DNA from: Octopus vulgaris
Lineage: Eukaryota
Direction of reading: 5' to 3'
Length of the DNA stretch: 64,000 nucleotides
Assembly: GCA_951406725.2 (NCBI GenBank)
Contig: OX597823.1
Location: 31,000,001-31,064,000 of the forward strand
Part shown: positions 1-13,559 of the stretch, piece after piece
Layout of the letters: every line of letters begins with the position of its first letter
Position numbering within the stretch: the stretch's first letter is position 1
Program-made: the position numbers and the translations under genes
The notes under the pieces: model-generated
The model's input: the letters and a program-made list of their open reading frames with translations, nothing else
What the model was told of the DNA's origin: nothing
Database searches by the model: none

Positions 1-339
1 CTTCCACAAACCGCCATTTTACGGATTAATGTAATGATTTGCAAGAAAAAATACTCGACCTCAGCATTAGAGAACGATGATAAAATTGACTATGTGGCTT
101 CATGCCTTTCCCAAACTATTTATAACTACAGAGGGATAGCTGATAACTATCAGGTCATCCCATAAGTTCTGTCCGATTTTCCCTTTTTGAAAACTGAATG
201 AAATTTAATAGTATTTTAGAATGTCTAATGGAATAAATAATATTTTTATGTATTTGTGTACATTTAAACTTATCAAATTTTATTTTACAGAAAATAGAAT
301 TAAAATTTCTTTGATTAAAACCCCTTCTAACATAGACGT

Positions 340-540
340 ATTCGAAGAGCATTTGAGGCACCTAATGCTTTTTGAGTACAAAAACGGAAACTCTGCAGCC
401 GAAGCGACTCGAAACATTACACTCAGTTTATGGGAAAGAATGCTTGAATGAAAGAACTTGCAGAAGATGGTTTGCAAAATTCAGAAGTGAAGATTTCAGC
501 CTTGAAGATGAAGATCGAACAGGACATCCAGTTGAGTTTT
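340..540 (+). pseudogene. mariner transposase N-terminal HTH fragment
   Basis: Translates as HLRHLMLFEYKNGNSAAEATRNI, then after a frameshift RTCRRWFAKFRSEDFSLEDEDRTGHPVEF; parallels the N-terminus of the mariner at 43650-44126. Confidence 0.8.
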
Positions 541-639
541 CCTGAATATGTCTGCTGCAGTTGGGGTGAGTCTAATATACCCATGTGTCTTTTATGCTAT
601 CAAATATGGCGGCGCAACTGCAGCTAATGAATGTAAGTT

Positions 640-1620
640 TACATGGTTGCACCATTTGTTAAAAATCTCAGAGCACCTCTCCTATTGCATCCTATTGTCT
701 GAACATAAAGATGGCATTAGATAATGTATTCCTGTCTGAAAAAAGAAAGACGACTAAAGATGGAACAGTTTTGTCTGAAACTTTCTTAATCATAGTTATG
801 TTGGATAAAGATATACTTGAAGTGTAACAACAACAATATAATACTGAATATGTATGTGAACTCACAGACCATGTCTTATCCAATATTGGATATTGCTGGA
901 AGCGACACAGACTCTTCCATTACCCACCTTCCATCCTTTTCAAAGACCAATGCTTTCCTATGGCACAAAACCACAAGCTAGGTTTACAGAAACTCATCTT
1001 GTTATCGTTTCCCAGTTCGGTCGTCATATTTTCTCTGCTTACGAAATTATATCCTGTTTTGCAAAGCCGTGTCCTGGTTTGCTTAATTTGTTTGTTGGCC
1101 GTTTATCTTTTAGCTGATTCAGAAGTTGGTCTTTTCCTATAGATAACACTATTTTTGTCCGTCCACTTCATTAATTCTTCTTTTATTACGGAAGTCGCTA
1201 AAGATATTTTTCATCTATTCTATATATGGGTTTGAAATATAAGTCTAACCTCTCTACAGAGTAATTCTTTTACGTTGATTACGTTGATTACTTCTTTTAG
1301 TTATTTTTAATAGTTGTTTTGTTTTGTTGTTGCTTCTGTGACCGCTGGTGTCCTACACTTGTTCCGTCAATATCCTACTAGTATTTTGGTGCATTTAAAA
1401 AAGATAACTTTACTCTTTCAGTAACGACATAATGGCTGGTATTGAGCAACAATTTGTTGCATATCTGTTATTTTTTATTCTTTTATTTACATTTTGCTAC
1501 AATCTACAGCTAGACTATACTGGCACCTTTTATATAAGGGATGTCACTGTTTATAATTATACCTATATATCTTTTCATTCTATATCTATTTTGATAGCGA
1601 CGTTTCGTAATTTTCTGTAA
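640..1620 (-). mobile_element. possible highly decayed Penelope-like remnant
   Basis: HHR-like 3' half GAAACGTC on the minus strand near 1600 and weak GIY-YIG-region-like residues in broken frames; not firmly supported. Confidence 0.25.
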
Positions 1621-2314
1621 ATTTTATGTGAAACACACATTAGCCCGCGCGTGCACAAACATACATACATGTAAATACACATTTATTTACATATGGATAT
1701 ATATACACAAATAATTGCCCTCCCATCTCCCCCCACGTATACCCACACACTTATATATATAAATACAAGTAAACGTTATCAAGTACAACTTTAGGTCAGA
1801 GGGAAAAAACGTCATACTATAATAATGTAAGATATTATGTGGATATTCGATGGTTCAAAACCGAACGGCTACAAGTTGTTTCGTTTTGAGCGAGATTTCA
1901 TCCGGAGATTGGTTTTTAATAAAAAAAAAATTGAAGAGGCTTATATTAGAAATGGAGTATAAAGAGAAATACGGTATGTACTTCTGGATTTACATTTTGC
2001 TTGCCTCTCATTGCTTTGGCATAACTTCACAAAATTTAACATATTTCCTCTTATTCTCCTTAGCCTCCTCGATACGGCCCTCAAATGGAACAAAGGGTTT
2101 TTTTTTTTAGTATTTTTGTACTATTAATGGGCAGTACAGGTGGAACCAGTGGTCTATTCAGGTAAAAAAAAAAAAAATGAAGAGTTAAATTGCGGAGTAA
2201 CGTGTACCTTATTCATATAAATTTGTTTCTTTATTTATGCTTTTTAGTGCGTGTGGATCTGTAGTGTGTGCGTGTATATACATACATACATACATACATA
2301 CATACATACATACA

Positions 2315-2352
<38 letters not shown>

Positions 2353-2696
2353 ATCTGAAAATATATCTACATAGATCTATTTTTCTTTCCTCTCCCTCTC
2401 TAGCTACCTATCCATCTATCTTTTTAGATGTGTGTATATGTGTGTGTGTGTGTGGTGGGGTTCAGGACATTTATAAATGTCATGAAAGCTCCACACAGCC
2501 TTGGGTTTGTTGTCTCCTTTTATTTAATATATACATGCTCATAGAAGACCCGCATTAGACTCCTCGCTCGTATTATTATCAAACCAAGAGTTTAACTACG
2601 ATCCTTCCATAGCACTTACATAGCGTTACCTGCAACCTTGGGTCTTCTGAAAACTAAGACCTCTCATATATATATATATATAAATATATGCACACA

Positions 2697-2788
<92 letters not shown>

Positions 2789-2808
2789 TATACATATATA
2801 TATATATG

Positions 2809-3030
2809 ATTATATACATAATTATAACTAGGGATCAGCTATGCACCCCACCACGCACTGTAGAAATAGACGCCAAAGCCCCTATTACCACCTTCATTTT
2901 TTTCTTTTGCTCACCTACAATATAGTCTTATTCTCGGAGATTTTAAAGTGGTAATAGGGGCTTTGGCGTCTATTTCTACAGTGCGTGGTAAGGCGTATAG
3001 CCGATCCCTCGTTATAATTATGTACATAAT
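2809..3030. repeat. fold-back element, ~85 bp inverted arms and ~50 bp spacer
   Basis: ACCACGCACTGTAGAAATAGACGCCAAAGCCCCTATTACCAC (~2850-2891) is the reverse complement of GTGGTAATAGGGGCTTTGGCGTCTATTTCTACAGTGCGTGGT (~2948-2989); the arms extend outward with mismatches. Confidence 0.9.
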
Positions 3031-3105
3031 TATAAACTAATTTGTAAAATTTACCCATTAGGTTTTATTTCTGCGATGACCACCTGGTAAAATTATAAAT
3101 GATTT

Positions 3106-3166
<61 letters not shown>

Positions 3167-3753
3167 ATATACATACATGCATACATACATACATACATAC
3201 ATACATACATACATACATACATACATACATACACATATGCGTGTATCTGTGTATACATCCGTTGTTACATAACAATCCAGAGAAGTAGTACACAATAGGA
3301 AAGTAGTGTGCAGTATTTTAATGTAGCTAGTTGGGATTAATAGGTTTCTGGACCGGATTGAATAAACAATAATGGTTAAGAAGTGGTTCCACACTATTCA
3401 AAACCTTGGAACTCCCGAATAAGGATCTCACAACAGGATGCAGTGTGAAGTCATACCGGGAACATTTTGATGTAACACCTGCGGTTTGACTTGATTACTG
3501 ATCATCTCGCTTCGGCCTGTAACTAGGAACAAATCGAGGAGAGTCAGGAAGAGCTACTTGTGTTGTATAAGTGTTTGTCGCTGAAATCCAATGACGTACA
3601 GATGTTTGCCTTTAGTGATTTTATTTGTGATTTCATCTATACGGAAAATTCTATGGTGATGAAGTGTGGCGATGAGAGCAGAGCTAATCAGCCGGAAACC
3701 ATTCATATCTGCAGCAGGACTGAACAGCCATCTTATATATATATATCTTCCTA

Positions 3754-3791
<38 letters not shown>

Positions 3792-3792
3792 C

Positions 3793-3875
<83 letters not shown>

Positions 3876-4567
3876 CCTATCTATCTATCTATCTATCTAT
3901 TTATCTATCTATCTATCTGTCTGTCTGTCTGTCTGTCTGTCATTCTGTCTGTCTGTCTGTCTGTGTATTTTACATGTATGAATAAGTATGTTCGTATATA
4001 ATATATACGTACATACTTAATTATACTTATAAGGTATATAATTTTGTTTTGGACATAGGGCCTGCAACAGCTTGGAAGAAAGTAAGATTAACTAAAACTT
4101 TCGATGCCAGCCATTGCTGTGTACGTAGGCGTTGATAAGTGTGTGTGTGTGTGTGTGTGTGTGTGAACATGTTGCTGTTTGTGTGTGTGTGTGTGGTGCT
4201 GCATTACCTTGGCGATGTTTTCATAAACATATTTGTTTGTGAGACTTATGTTATGAAGAAAAAAAACAAACAAAAAGGGGTGCATAGCTTCTTGGATTAG
4301 GCTGGGGCAAGCGTGTATTGGCAGCTCAATGGTATATACATTTGGAGGGGGTAATAATCGAGAACAGAAACGAAGAATCAAAGAAGATTATGCGGGTGGC
4401 CTCGGGAAGAGATAGGGAGCAGGGTAAGGTGGGAGCATTGTGGTTTGAAAACATATTTGTTTACAGATAAAATAATGGGGAACTTAGTTGAAGACTGACT
4501 TGTAAAGTTAGAGTTAATTCCTATAGATTTGTTTCTTGGTTTAACTTTCTTTTGTGTGTGAGTACTA

Positions 4568-4633
<66 letters not shown>

Positions 4634-5316
4634 CATATATATATATATACTTACATACATACACATATGTACATACAAACATTTAATTATACATTTATGT
4701 ATATTTATACACATATATATTTATAGATATATAAGCATATATGTATGCATATATTTTTGTGTGTATGTGTGTATATATCGTAATTTAAATGAAGGGGGAA
4801 CTAAAGAAAACAAGGCATCAACCATTAAAAGAATTCCTTTTAAATTTACTTAAAATGGTGTGTGTGTGTGTGTATGAATATATATATATTTATATATATA
4901 TATGTGTGTGTGTGTATGTGTGTGTGTATATATATATGTATTTATGCATATCTATCTATCTATATACATATATATATGTATATGTATGTATATATATATC
5001 AATCTATCTATCTATCTATATGTATGTATGTGTGTGTGTGAGTGTGTGTGTGATGTATGTATGTTTACATATGTAAATATATACATATGTATTTATAAAT
5101 ATACATATGACCATGCAAATAGATATAGATATATACATGTACGAATACATATGTATATTCATATTCATATTACACATATAAAAACATATATACATACATA
5201 TATATCATTTTGTCTATCTTCTATATCTCTGTATATATATATATATAGATAGATAGATAGATATACGCATATATATACACATGTATGTATCGTTTTATCC
5301 ACTTTCTATCTATTCC

Positions 5317-5403
<87 letters not shown>

Positions 5404-5899
5404 CATACATACGCACATACACATAATACACACATATATATATGTGTATTATGTGTGTGTGCGTATGTATATACACACACACACACACATAAATGCTCGC
5501 ACATGGAATACCCGTACACGTAAACAAAACAAACGTAACCTAAACCTCAAAAATATCCTAAAACAAATCTATGGGATTTAACCACAAAGTTACATCCCAA
5601 AACCTGCAGATAAACTCTTGATAATTCTTACCGGAGTAAAATAACTTTCTAACAATCACAGCCATTGGTTCGTAACAACCTCCCACCACCACTACCACCA
5701 GCACAACACCGTCATCACCAGCAGCAGCAGCGGCGCCACTTGCACCACCACCACCACCACCACCACCACCACAACCACCAACCACCACCGCCACCTGACA
5801 CTCTTCAACATGACGGCACATTTCCACCTCGTTTATTTATTTTTTTCAGATTTCGTCATCATTAGCAATGCAGCAGCAGCAGTAGGAGTAGTAGCGGTG

Positions 5900-5931
<32 letters not shown>

Positions 5932-6662
5932 TATTTCGGGTTTTCTTTTCTAGCTTTTATTTTTGCGTGACATGTTTTTCATATTTATTCTTTATCGTCG
6001 TCAGTATTCGTTATGAATTTGTTCGGCGGCGGCGGCGGCGACTGCAGCGGCGGCACAACATCTAAAAAAATTTTGTCAAATAGGGGTTAGTCGGCTGGGT
6101 TCAACGAGTGCATTTCTTTTATATTTTGCATTTAATTTTTTTTTCATTTTATTTTATTCTATTTTATTCTATTATATTTAGCTTATTTATCATCCAATAA
6201 TTTTTTTTTTTTTTACAACGATTTATTGTTTTTAATGTTTTTAATTAGTTGCCGTGTAGTTTTTTCTTTTTACATTCGTTTCTTTACCTGTTTTATCATC
6301 TTGTTCCTTCGTTGAAGGAAATATAGTGTTGTTGTTGTTGTTGTTGTTATTGGTGGTGGTGGTGGTAATGTTACGGTACAACATCTTTTTATCTAGTTGT
6401 TCGTAATTTACTTATTTTCTTTGTTTTCCTCCACCCACTACTTCCAGTCGTCATCCACTGCATCTATCACCTTTCTCTTCTTCGTCCTTCTTTTCTTTTC
6501 CATTAACCTCTTCTTCCTCGTCCAACTTTTTTTTCTTCTCTTCCTCTTCTGCTCATTCCTCTTCAAAAACTCTAGTTGCAAAACACTCCTTGTAATGTCC
6601 CTCTCATCTGATACCCTTGTGGCAAATAAAAAATATCATCATCATCATCATCATCATCATCG

Positions 6663-6702
<40 letters not shown>

Positions 6703-6707
<5 letters not shown>

Positions 6708-6859
6708 GTTTCTTTCAGTTTCCGTCTACCAAATCCACTCAGAAGGCTTGGTCCGAAGCTATAGTAGAAGACACATGCCTAAAGTGTCACGCAGTGGGAC
6801 TGAACCCAGATCCATGTGGTTAGGAAGCAAGCTTTTTACCACACAGCCATGACTGCGCC

Positions 6860-6860
<1 letters not shown>
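6703..6860 (-). mobile_element. tRNA-derived SINE, family A
   Basis: Minus strand reads GGCGCAGTCATGGCTGTGTGGTAA...GGGTTCAGTCCC (A/B boxes). Related copies at ~9092-9160, 19436-19565, 25518-25670, 29320-29483 and 58233-58390. Confidence 0.85.
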
Positions 6861-6922
<62 letters not shown>

Positions 6923-6971
6923 TGATGATGATGATGATGATGATAATAATACACACCAAAATATATATATA

Positions 6972-7018
<47 letters not shown>

Positions 7019-7040
7019 TTATATATAATAATAGCACACA

Positions 7041-7141
<101 letters not shown>

Positions 7142-7240
7142 GTGTGTGTGTGTGATGTATGTTTACATATGTATATATACATAGCTATTTATAAATATAC
7201 ATATGAACATATAAATAGATATAGAAGACCTGTCACGAGC

Positions 7241-7440
7241 GTCACCCTTCCAGAAATATATTGTGCATCGAGAATTCGTTCCCCCGGGCCAGACCGTTAA
7301 TCGAGAGTTCTACTGCGACATTTTGAAGCGTTTGAGGAAGGACATTCACGGAAGCGACCGGATCTGTGGAACGTGAAGAAACTCGTGAGTTTCTCGCAAG
7401 AAACGACATGCTGACGCTTCTGCATCCGCCCTGTTTACCC
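7241..7440 (+). pseudogene. internally deleted mariner transposase central fragment
   Basis: Translates as [26 protein letters not shown], typical mariner catalytic-domain sequence. Confidence 0.8.
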
Positions 7441-7544
7441 TTAGCCAGCGGGGTGACGTCATTTGAAGGCTGAAAAAACAATGCGAAGCGCATTGTGACC
7501 AGCGATGTGTTGCAACATCTGATAGCCTGGTCGGTCACGTGATA

Positions 7545-7622
<78 letters not shown>

Positions 7623-7628
7623 TATATA

Positions 7629-7945
7629 CACGAGGTGGTATCAAAAGGTTTCCGGACTAGTTATGTTTACTTGCAGACTTCCGTCTTGTCCCCAAGCTGA
7701 AAACACAGCTCAAAGGTCACCGTTTTAACACTATTTTCGAGATCCAGAGCGAATCGCAGAAGGTCCTCTCGACTCCATTACGGAAAACGACTTCCAAACC
7801 GGATTCTAAAAGTGACAGGAACGCTGGGACCGGTGTATTGCAGTGTAAGGTGACTATTTCGTAGGAGATTCTATTAAAACTTAGTTAATTATGTTATATT
7901 TTATTAAACATAACTAGTCCGGAAACCTTTTGATACCACCTCGTG
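7629..7945 (+). mobile_element. mariner-derived MITE with 41 bp perfect TIRs and TA flanks
   Basis: CACGAGGTGGTATCAAAAGGTTTCCGGACTAGTTATGTTTA at 7629 and its reverse complement ending 7945; the interior encodes a transposase C-terminus (KLKTQLKGHRFNTIFEIQSESQKVL). Confidence 0.9.
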
Positions 7946-7950
7946 TATAC

Positions 7951-8022
<72 letters not shown>

Positions 8023-8344
8023 ATCATGTGACCGACCAGGTTATCAGATGTTGCTACACATCGCTGGTCACAATGCGCTTCGCATTGTTTTTTAGCCTTC
8101 AAATTACCCTACCGGAGCCTTGTGGAGCTTTAGATGTTTTCGCTCAATAAACACTCACAACGCCCGGTCTGGGAATCGAAACCGCGATCATACGACCGCG
8201 AGTCCTCTGCCCTAACCACTGGGCCATTGCGCCTCCACTTATAAAGCCGGAAGAAATGCCGCTAAGCAATTTTCCCGGTGCGGTAACGATTCTGTCAGCT
8301 CATCGCCTTATATATATATATATATAATTATTTTTACTGTTTAC

Positions 8345-8375
<31 letters not shown>

Positions 8376-8389
8376 AGGCGCGGAAGCCG

Positions 8390-8892
8390 TTTTTTGCGAG
8401 AAACTCACGAGTTTCTTCACATTCCACAGATCCGGTCGCTTCCGTGAATGTCCTCCCTCAAACGCTTGAAAACGTCGCAGTAGAACTCTCGATTGACGGT
8501 CTGGCCCTAGAGAACGAATTCTTGATGCAAAAGTCTTCTAGATCTCTTATCGTCTTCCAAGGACGTTCTTCCGTTTTTGAAGCGCCCTTGTCACCCGAAA
8601 CATTGCGTTCGACCCATTTGCCTCGTCGCCCGTAAGCTTGCTGAAGCATGCTCAATGCCTCTGTATCAGACTTCCCAAGTTCAACGCAAAATTTCACGTT
8701 GGCTCTTTCTTCCAAGTTCCTGTCCATTACAAAAATTGCATACATGTGATCACAAAAGCACAAATTTCACAACTTGCCAAGTAAACACAGCGATGTCACT
8801 CGGCACACTGTCTCATGAAGGTCACTGCTAGCGCTCACTGCGCAGGAAACCGCGTGCTGCCATCTGTTGACGCGCAAGAAAACTAGTCCGGT
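8390..8892 (-). mobile_element. mariner 5' half (TIR remnant plus N-terminal transposase)
   Basis: MDRNLEERANVKFCVELGKSDTEALSMLQQAYG; the TIR core CCGGACTAGTT at ~8881-8891 matches the MITE TIR. Confidence 0.85.
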
Positions 8893-9178
8893 CTGGTGTC
8901 TTTTCTACCGGAATTTTTTTGCCGAAACGCTTGCGCATGAGGACGCAAACAAACCAGCACCAGTTATCAAGCGGTAATGGGTAACAAGCATAAACAAAGA
9001 CATACATGCATGCATACATACACACTTACAAACTTACATACATACATACATGCATGCATACATATATACATAGGTACGTACATACATTCTACTATAGCCT
9101 CGGGCTGATCAAAGCCTTGTGAGTAGATTTGGTAGGCGGAAACTGAAAGAAGCCCGTATATTTATATATGTATGTGTA

Positions 9179-9245
<67 letters not shown>

Positions 9246-9639
9246 AAGTATATATTTGTGTGTGTATGTGTGTATGTCTCACACCATCGCTTGACAATCG
9301 ATGCTGGTGTGTTCATGTCCTCGTATCTTAGCGGTTCGGCAAAAAGGACGATAGAATAAGTATTAAGCTTGCTAAGAATAAGTCCTAGGGTCGAATTCTT
9401 CGACTAAAACCCTTTAAGGCTGTGCTCCAGCGTGGCCGTAGTCAGATGACTGAAACAAGTAAAAGAATAAAAAACTAAAATAATTCATACATACGACGTG
9501 ATTATATCAGTTTCCGTCCACTAAATTCATTCATAAGGGGCTCTATCAAAAAAACATTTGCCTTAGGTGCTGCGTAATCGGATTGAACTTGAAATCAATG
9601 TGGTTGAAACGCGAACTTCTTAACCACGAACACATTATG

Positions 9640-10380
9640 AGTGATTCTGGTGTTGGTGGTCGTTGTTGGAGTGTAGTAGGGATGGTGTTGATAGCGGCAG
9701 GTTCGGTGGTGATGGTGGTGGTGGTGACGGTGGCGGTGGCGTCGTTGGCGACTGTGGTGGTGCGACGTTGGCGACGGTAGTGGCTGCGGCGTTGGTGACG
9801 GCCTTGGTGGTGGAGGTGGAGTTGGTGACGGTGCTGATGGCGACGTTGACGGCTGCGGTAGGCGGTGGCGTTGGCGGCGGCGGTGTTGGTGTGGCGACGT
9901 CGGCGACGGTGTTGGTATGGAGACGTTGGCGACGGTGGTGGTGGCGGCGGCGACGTTGACGATGGGGGCGTTGTTGATGGGGATGGTTGCGTTGGTGATG
10001 GTGGGGATGGTAGCGGCAGGCGGCGGTGCTTGTGGTGATGATGATGGTGGTGCTATTGGTGGTGGCGGTGGTGGTTAGAATGTGGTGGTGATCGTGATTG
10101 TAATGACGATTTGTAGTGGAGGTGGTAGTATCGGTGGTGCTGAAGCCGGTAGTGGTTGTAGTTTGAGGCTAGTGGTTGTGGTTAGAGGCTGATTGCAGTG
10201 ATTATTGCCAGCGGTGGTTGCGGTGACAATGGTGGCGGTTATGGATGTTGTGTTGTCGTAATGGTGATAGTAGTGGCGGTGGTGGTGGTGGTGGTAGTGG
10301 TGGCAGTGGCGGTGACAGCGTTTATGGGTAGTGAAGGTGGTATGCTATTGTAATAACGGTGGTGGTGGTGGTGGAGGTGG
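9640..10380. repeat. degenerate (GGT/GGC/GAC)n triplet low-complexity tract
   Basis: Seen directly. Confidence 0.8.
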
Positions 10381-10691
10381 AGCTTGCCAACAAATAATAT
10401 TACTTCGTGATGTAGCTACAATCGGTATGTACCCGGTGACCTTTTCGGCAAAATGTCCTGGAAACATCAGTTAGGCTACAGAGACTTGAACACATAACAT
10501 TTAAAAGGTGCACCCCGCGTCTACTTTAGTCAGTGGCACTCACATAACGCACAAACACACTTGCAAATCCACCCGTATGTATGTGTGTACGTATGAATGT
10601 TTGCGTGCATATGTGTATTGTGTGTGTTTGTGTGTGTGTGTGTGTGACTGTGTGTGTGTGACTGCGTGTGGGTGTATATATATATATATGG

Positions 10692-10752
<61 letters not shown>

Positions 10753-10903
10753 GTATGTATATGTTTGTATGTGCGTATCTACATGTGTGTGTTTGTGAAT
10801 GTGTAATTTATGTATATTTGCACACACGCACACACACATGTATAGACCCACATATGTATAAATTTATATATATATATATATAAATATATATATATATAAA
10901 TAA

Positions 10904-11018
<115 letters not shown>

Positions 11019-11132
11019 AATTTATATATATATCTGTATATACACGAAAATACAGAGATAAATATGTTTGTGCGATATGTGTGTGTGTGTGTGTGTGTGT
11101 ATGTGTGTGCGTGTGTGTATAGATTGATAGAC

Positions 11133-11179
<47 letters not shown>

Positions 11180-11514
11180 AAGAAGATATAGAAAGATATA
11201 TATACATTTGTATGTATACGAATATATATGTATATATATATACGCATATATACACATGACACGCGCACACGTACACACAGATGCGCGTGCCTGGTCTCTC
11301 TAGCTGTGCGTGACAGTGTCTAGTTGTGCATGTGCATATGCAGATATAAATGCATTTGAAATGTGCATATATAGATATCTTGATTTTCGTACACAAACAA
11401 GCGCACGCGCATGTGTGCGTGTATAAATGCTCAAAAGCATTTAAATCCAAACATGTATGTAGATATATACACATGTGTGTAGATTTCGAAAAGATTTAGA
11501 TTTAAGTTAAAGCA

Positions 11515-11552
<38 letters not shown>

Positions 11553-11800
11553 AACATAAAGAGAGAGAGAGAGCGAGTCAGACTGAGGGAGGCGAAAGAG
11601 AATGTGTATGTGTATGTAGCTGTATGTGAGTGTACATGTGTGTCTCTGCGTGCGTCCGCGCACGTGTGTGTGTGTGTGTGTGTTTATTCGAGTTTGTGTG
11701 TGTCAGATAACTCATTCCTTTGTCAGCGCCTAACTACGCCCTCCCTATATTATTTCGTAATTAAACATTCTTTCGCCTCGACTCACTCACATACACACAC

Positions 11801-11831
<31 letters not shown>

Positions 11832-12035
11832 CTCATGCACCCCCCTCACTCACTCTCTCTGTCTCTGTCTCTCTGTCTCTCTCTCTCTTATGCACACATT
11901 CAAACATGCGCACACATTTCAATGACATCTTCCCTGTCTTCGTCTCCTATTCTTTCTCATCTCCATCTCCTCTCACACATCCCATCATTTGTCTTCCTTT
12001 GTCTTCCCCCTCACACATGCCTCTCTCCTTTCCTC

Positions 12036-12086
<51 letters not shown>

Positions 12087-12326
12087 GTCTCTCTCTCTCT
12101 CCTACTTCCACCATCCGAACAGATTTTACCAACCGTTGTGTGTCTAAGCCGATTACACACTAAAACCAGCTCGTATTTCTTATGACAATGGCAATTTTGG
12201 AGAAATGGCTTCGTTCGTATTGCTGTGGAATAACAATAACAAGCATAAAAAAGCAACAACAATAATAATAAATAATATCAATAATATTAATAATATTGAT
12301 GATGATGATAATAATAATGATGATGA

Positions 12327-12381
<55 letters not shown>

Positions 12382-12405
12382 GCTAATAATAATAATAATA
12401 ATAAT

Positions 12406-12525
12406 GGTTTCAAATTTTTTCCACAAGGGCAGCCATTTTGGGAAGGGGATGTGTCGATTACATCGACCCCAGTATTCAACTGGTACTTATTTTATCGACC
12501 CTGAAAGGTAAAATCGACCGCGGCG

Positions 12526-12527
<2 letters not shown>
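12406..12527 (-). mobile_element. SINE family B fragment (GGCGAGCTGGCAGAA head family)
   Basis: Shared core GTCGATTACATCGACCCCAG...TGGTACTTATTTTATCGACCC. Further copies at ~16043-16239, 19580-19810, 23017-23420, 26020-26234, 30735-30936, 32373-32760, 32981-33208 and 63729-63941. Confidence 0.85.
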
Positions 12528-12570
<43 letters not shown>

Positions 12571-12605
12571 TGCTGTTGTTGATGATGATGATGATGATGC
12601 AGGTA

Positions 12606-13262
12606 GATGCTATAAGACCTCCATTATAGCAATGAACAGGTACTTGTCTAGTAAAGAGGACTGGATGCTGCGGCTTGTGTGCAAACATGAAAGCAGCAAA
12701 AATTCATATTCTATTGTCAAGGAAGCTTGCAAATTCACAAGGGAATTTGGCATTAACCCTGAATTAGATAAAGAGCCTGAAACCACTGTCGCCAAACAAG
12801 CAAAACGGATTAAGCAGACTGCCATAAAGAAGGGGCGGAAAGAAATTGAGGAGCAGTGGATCCAGAAACCCCTGCATGGATAATATATTCTTCAAAGTCG
12901 AAGTGCTGATGTAGACCAAGTAACAACCCATCAGTGGCTGAGAAGTTCAGGACTGAAAGCAGAGACTGAAGGTTTCATATTGGTGGCACAAGATCAAAGC
13001 TTGCTTACCAGAAAGTACCAGGCTAACGTTCTTCAAAACTCTTCCGACCCTAACTGCAGATTCTGCGTCACATTCGATGAAAATATAACTTCTCGTGATA
13101 TCCAGTGCTGACACCAAACGAATACAAAAATCTCCACGATAGAGTAGGACAGCATTTACATTGGAAAATATGTAAACACTACAAAATCGGCACTCCTGCT
13201 TATTGGTATGAACATCATCCTGAACCAGTCGTTCGAGGTAAAAATGTCACAATCTTCTGAGA
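12606..13262 (+). pseudogene. R4/Dong-like non-LTR retrotransposon C-terminal fragment
   Basis: KPLHG*...HQWLRSSGLKAETEGFILVAQDQSLLTR...CRFC...HDRVGQHLHWKICK...WYEHHPE: the post-RT and zinc-knuckle region of RLE-class elements, with stops and frameshifts. Confidence 0.8.
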
Positions 13263-13559
13263 TTATATGGTCAGTTCCACCGTGAAACTTGAACTCAGAA
13301 CGTAGTGACAGGCGAAATATCTATTTCTTTACTACCACCACACCCCATCCCCATTTTTCGGACCACAAAAAGGGTTTTGTAGCATATTAGGAGACCAGGG
13401 TAGTTGATTCCACTAAAAAAATCCGATTTTTTTTCTTAGTGAAAATCGTGCAAGTGTTAATCTAGAAATTTAATCTAAAACCGATTTTTCATTGATTTTT
13501 GTTTATGAAATTCTCTGTACGTAATTTTGCTTTCTCGGTGGTCAAGGAAATGATGACGG

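Noticed and set aside
5665-5865. Pro/His/Gln-rich ORF resembling a transcription factor N-terminus
   Set aside because: Explained by CAC/CAG triplet repeats; short, with no domain.
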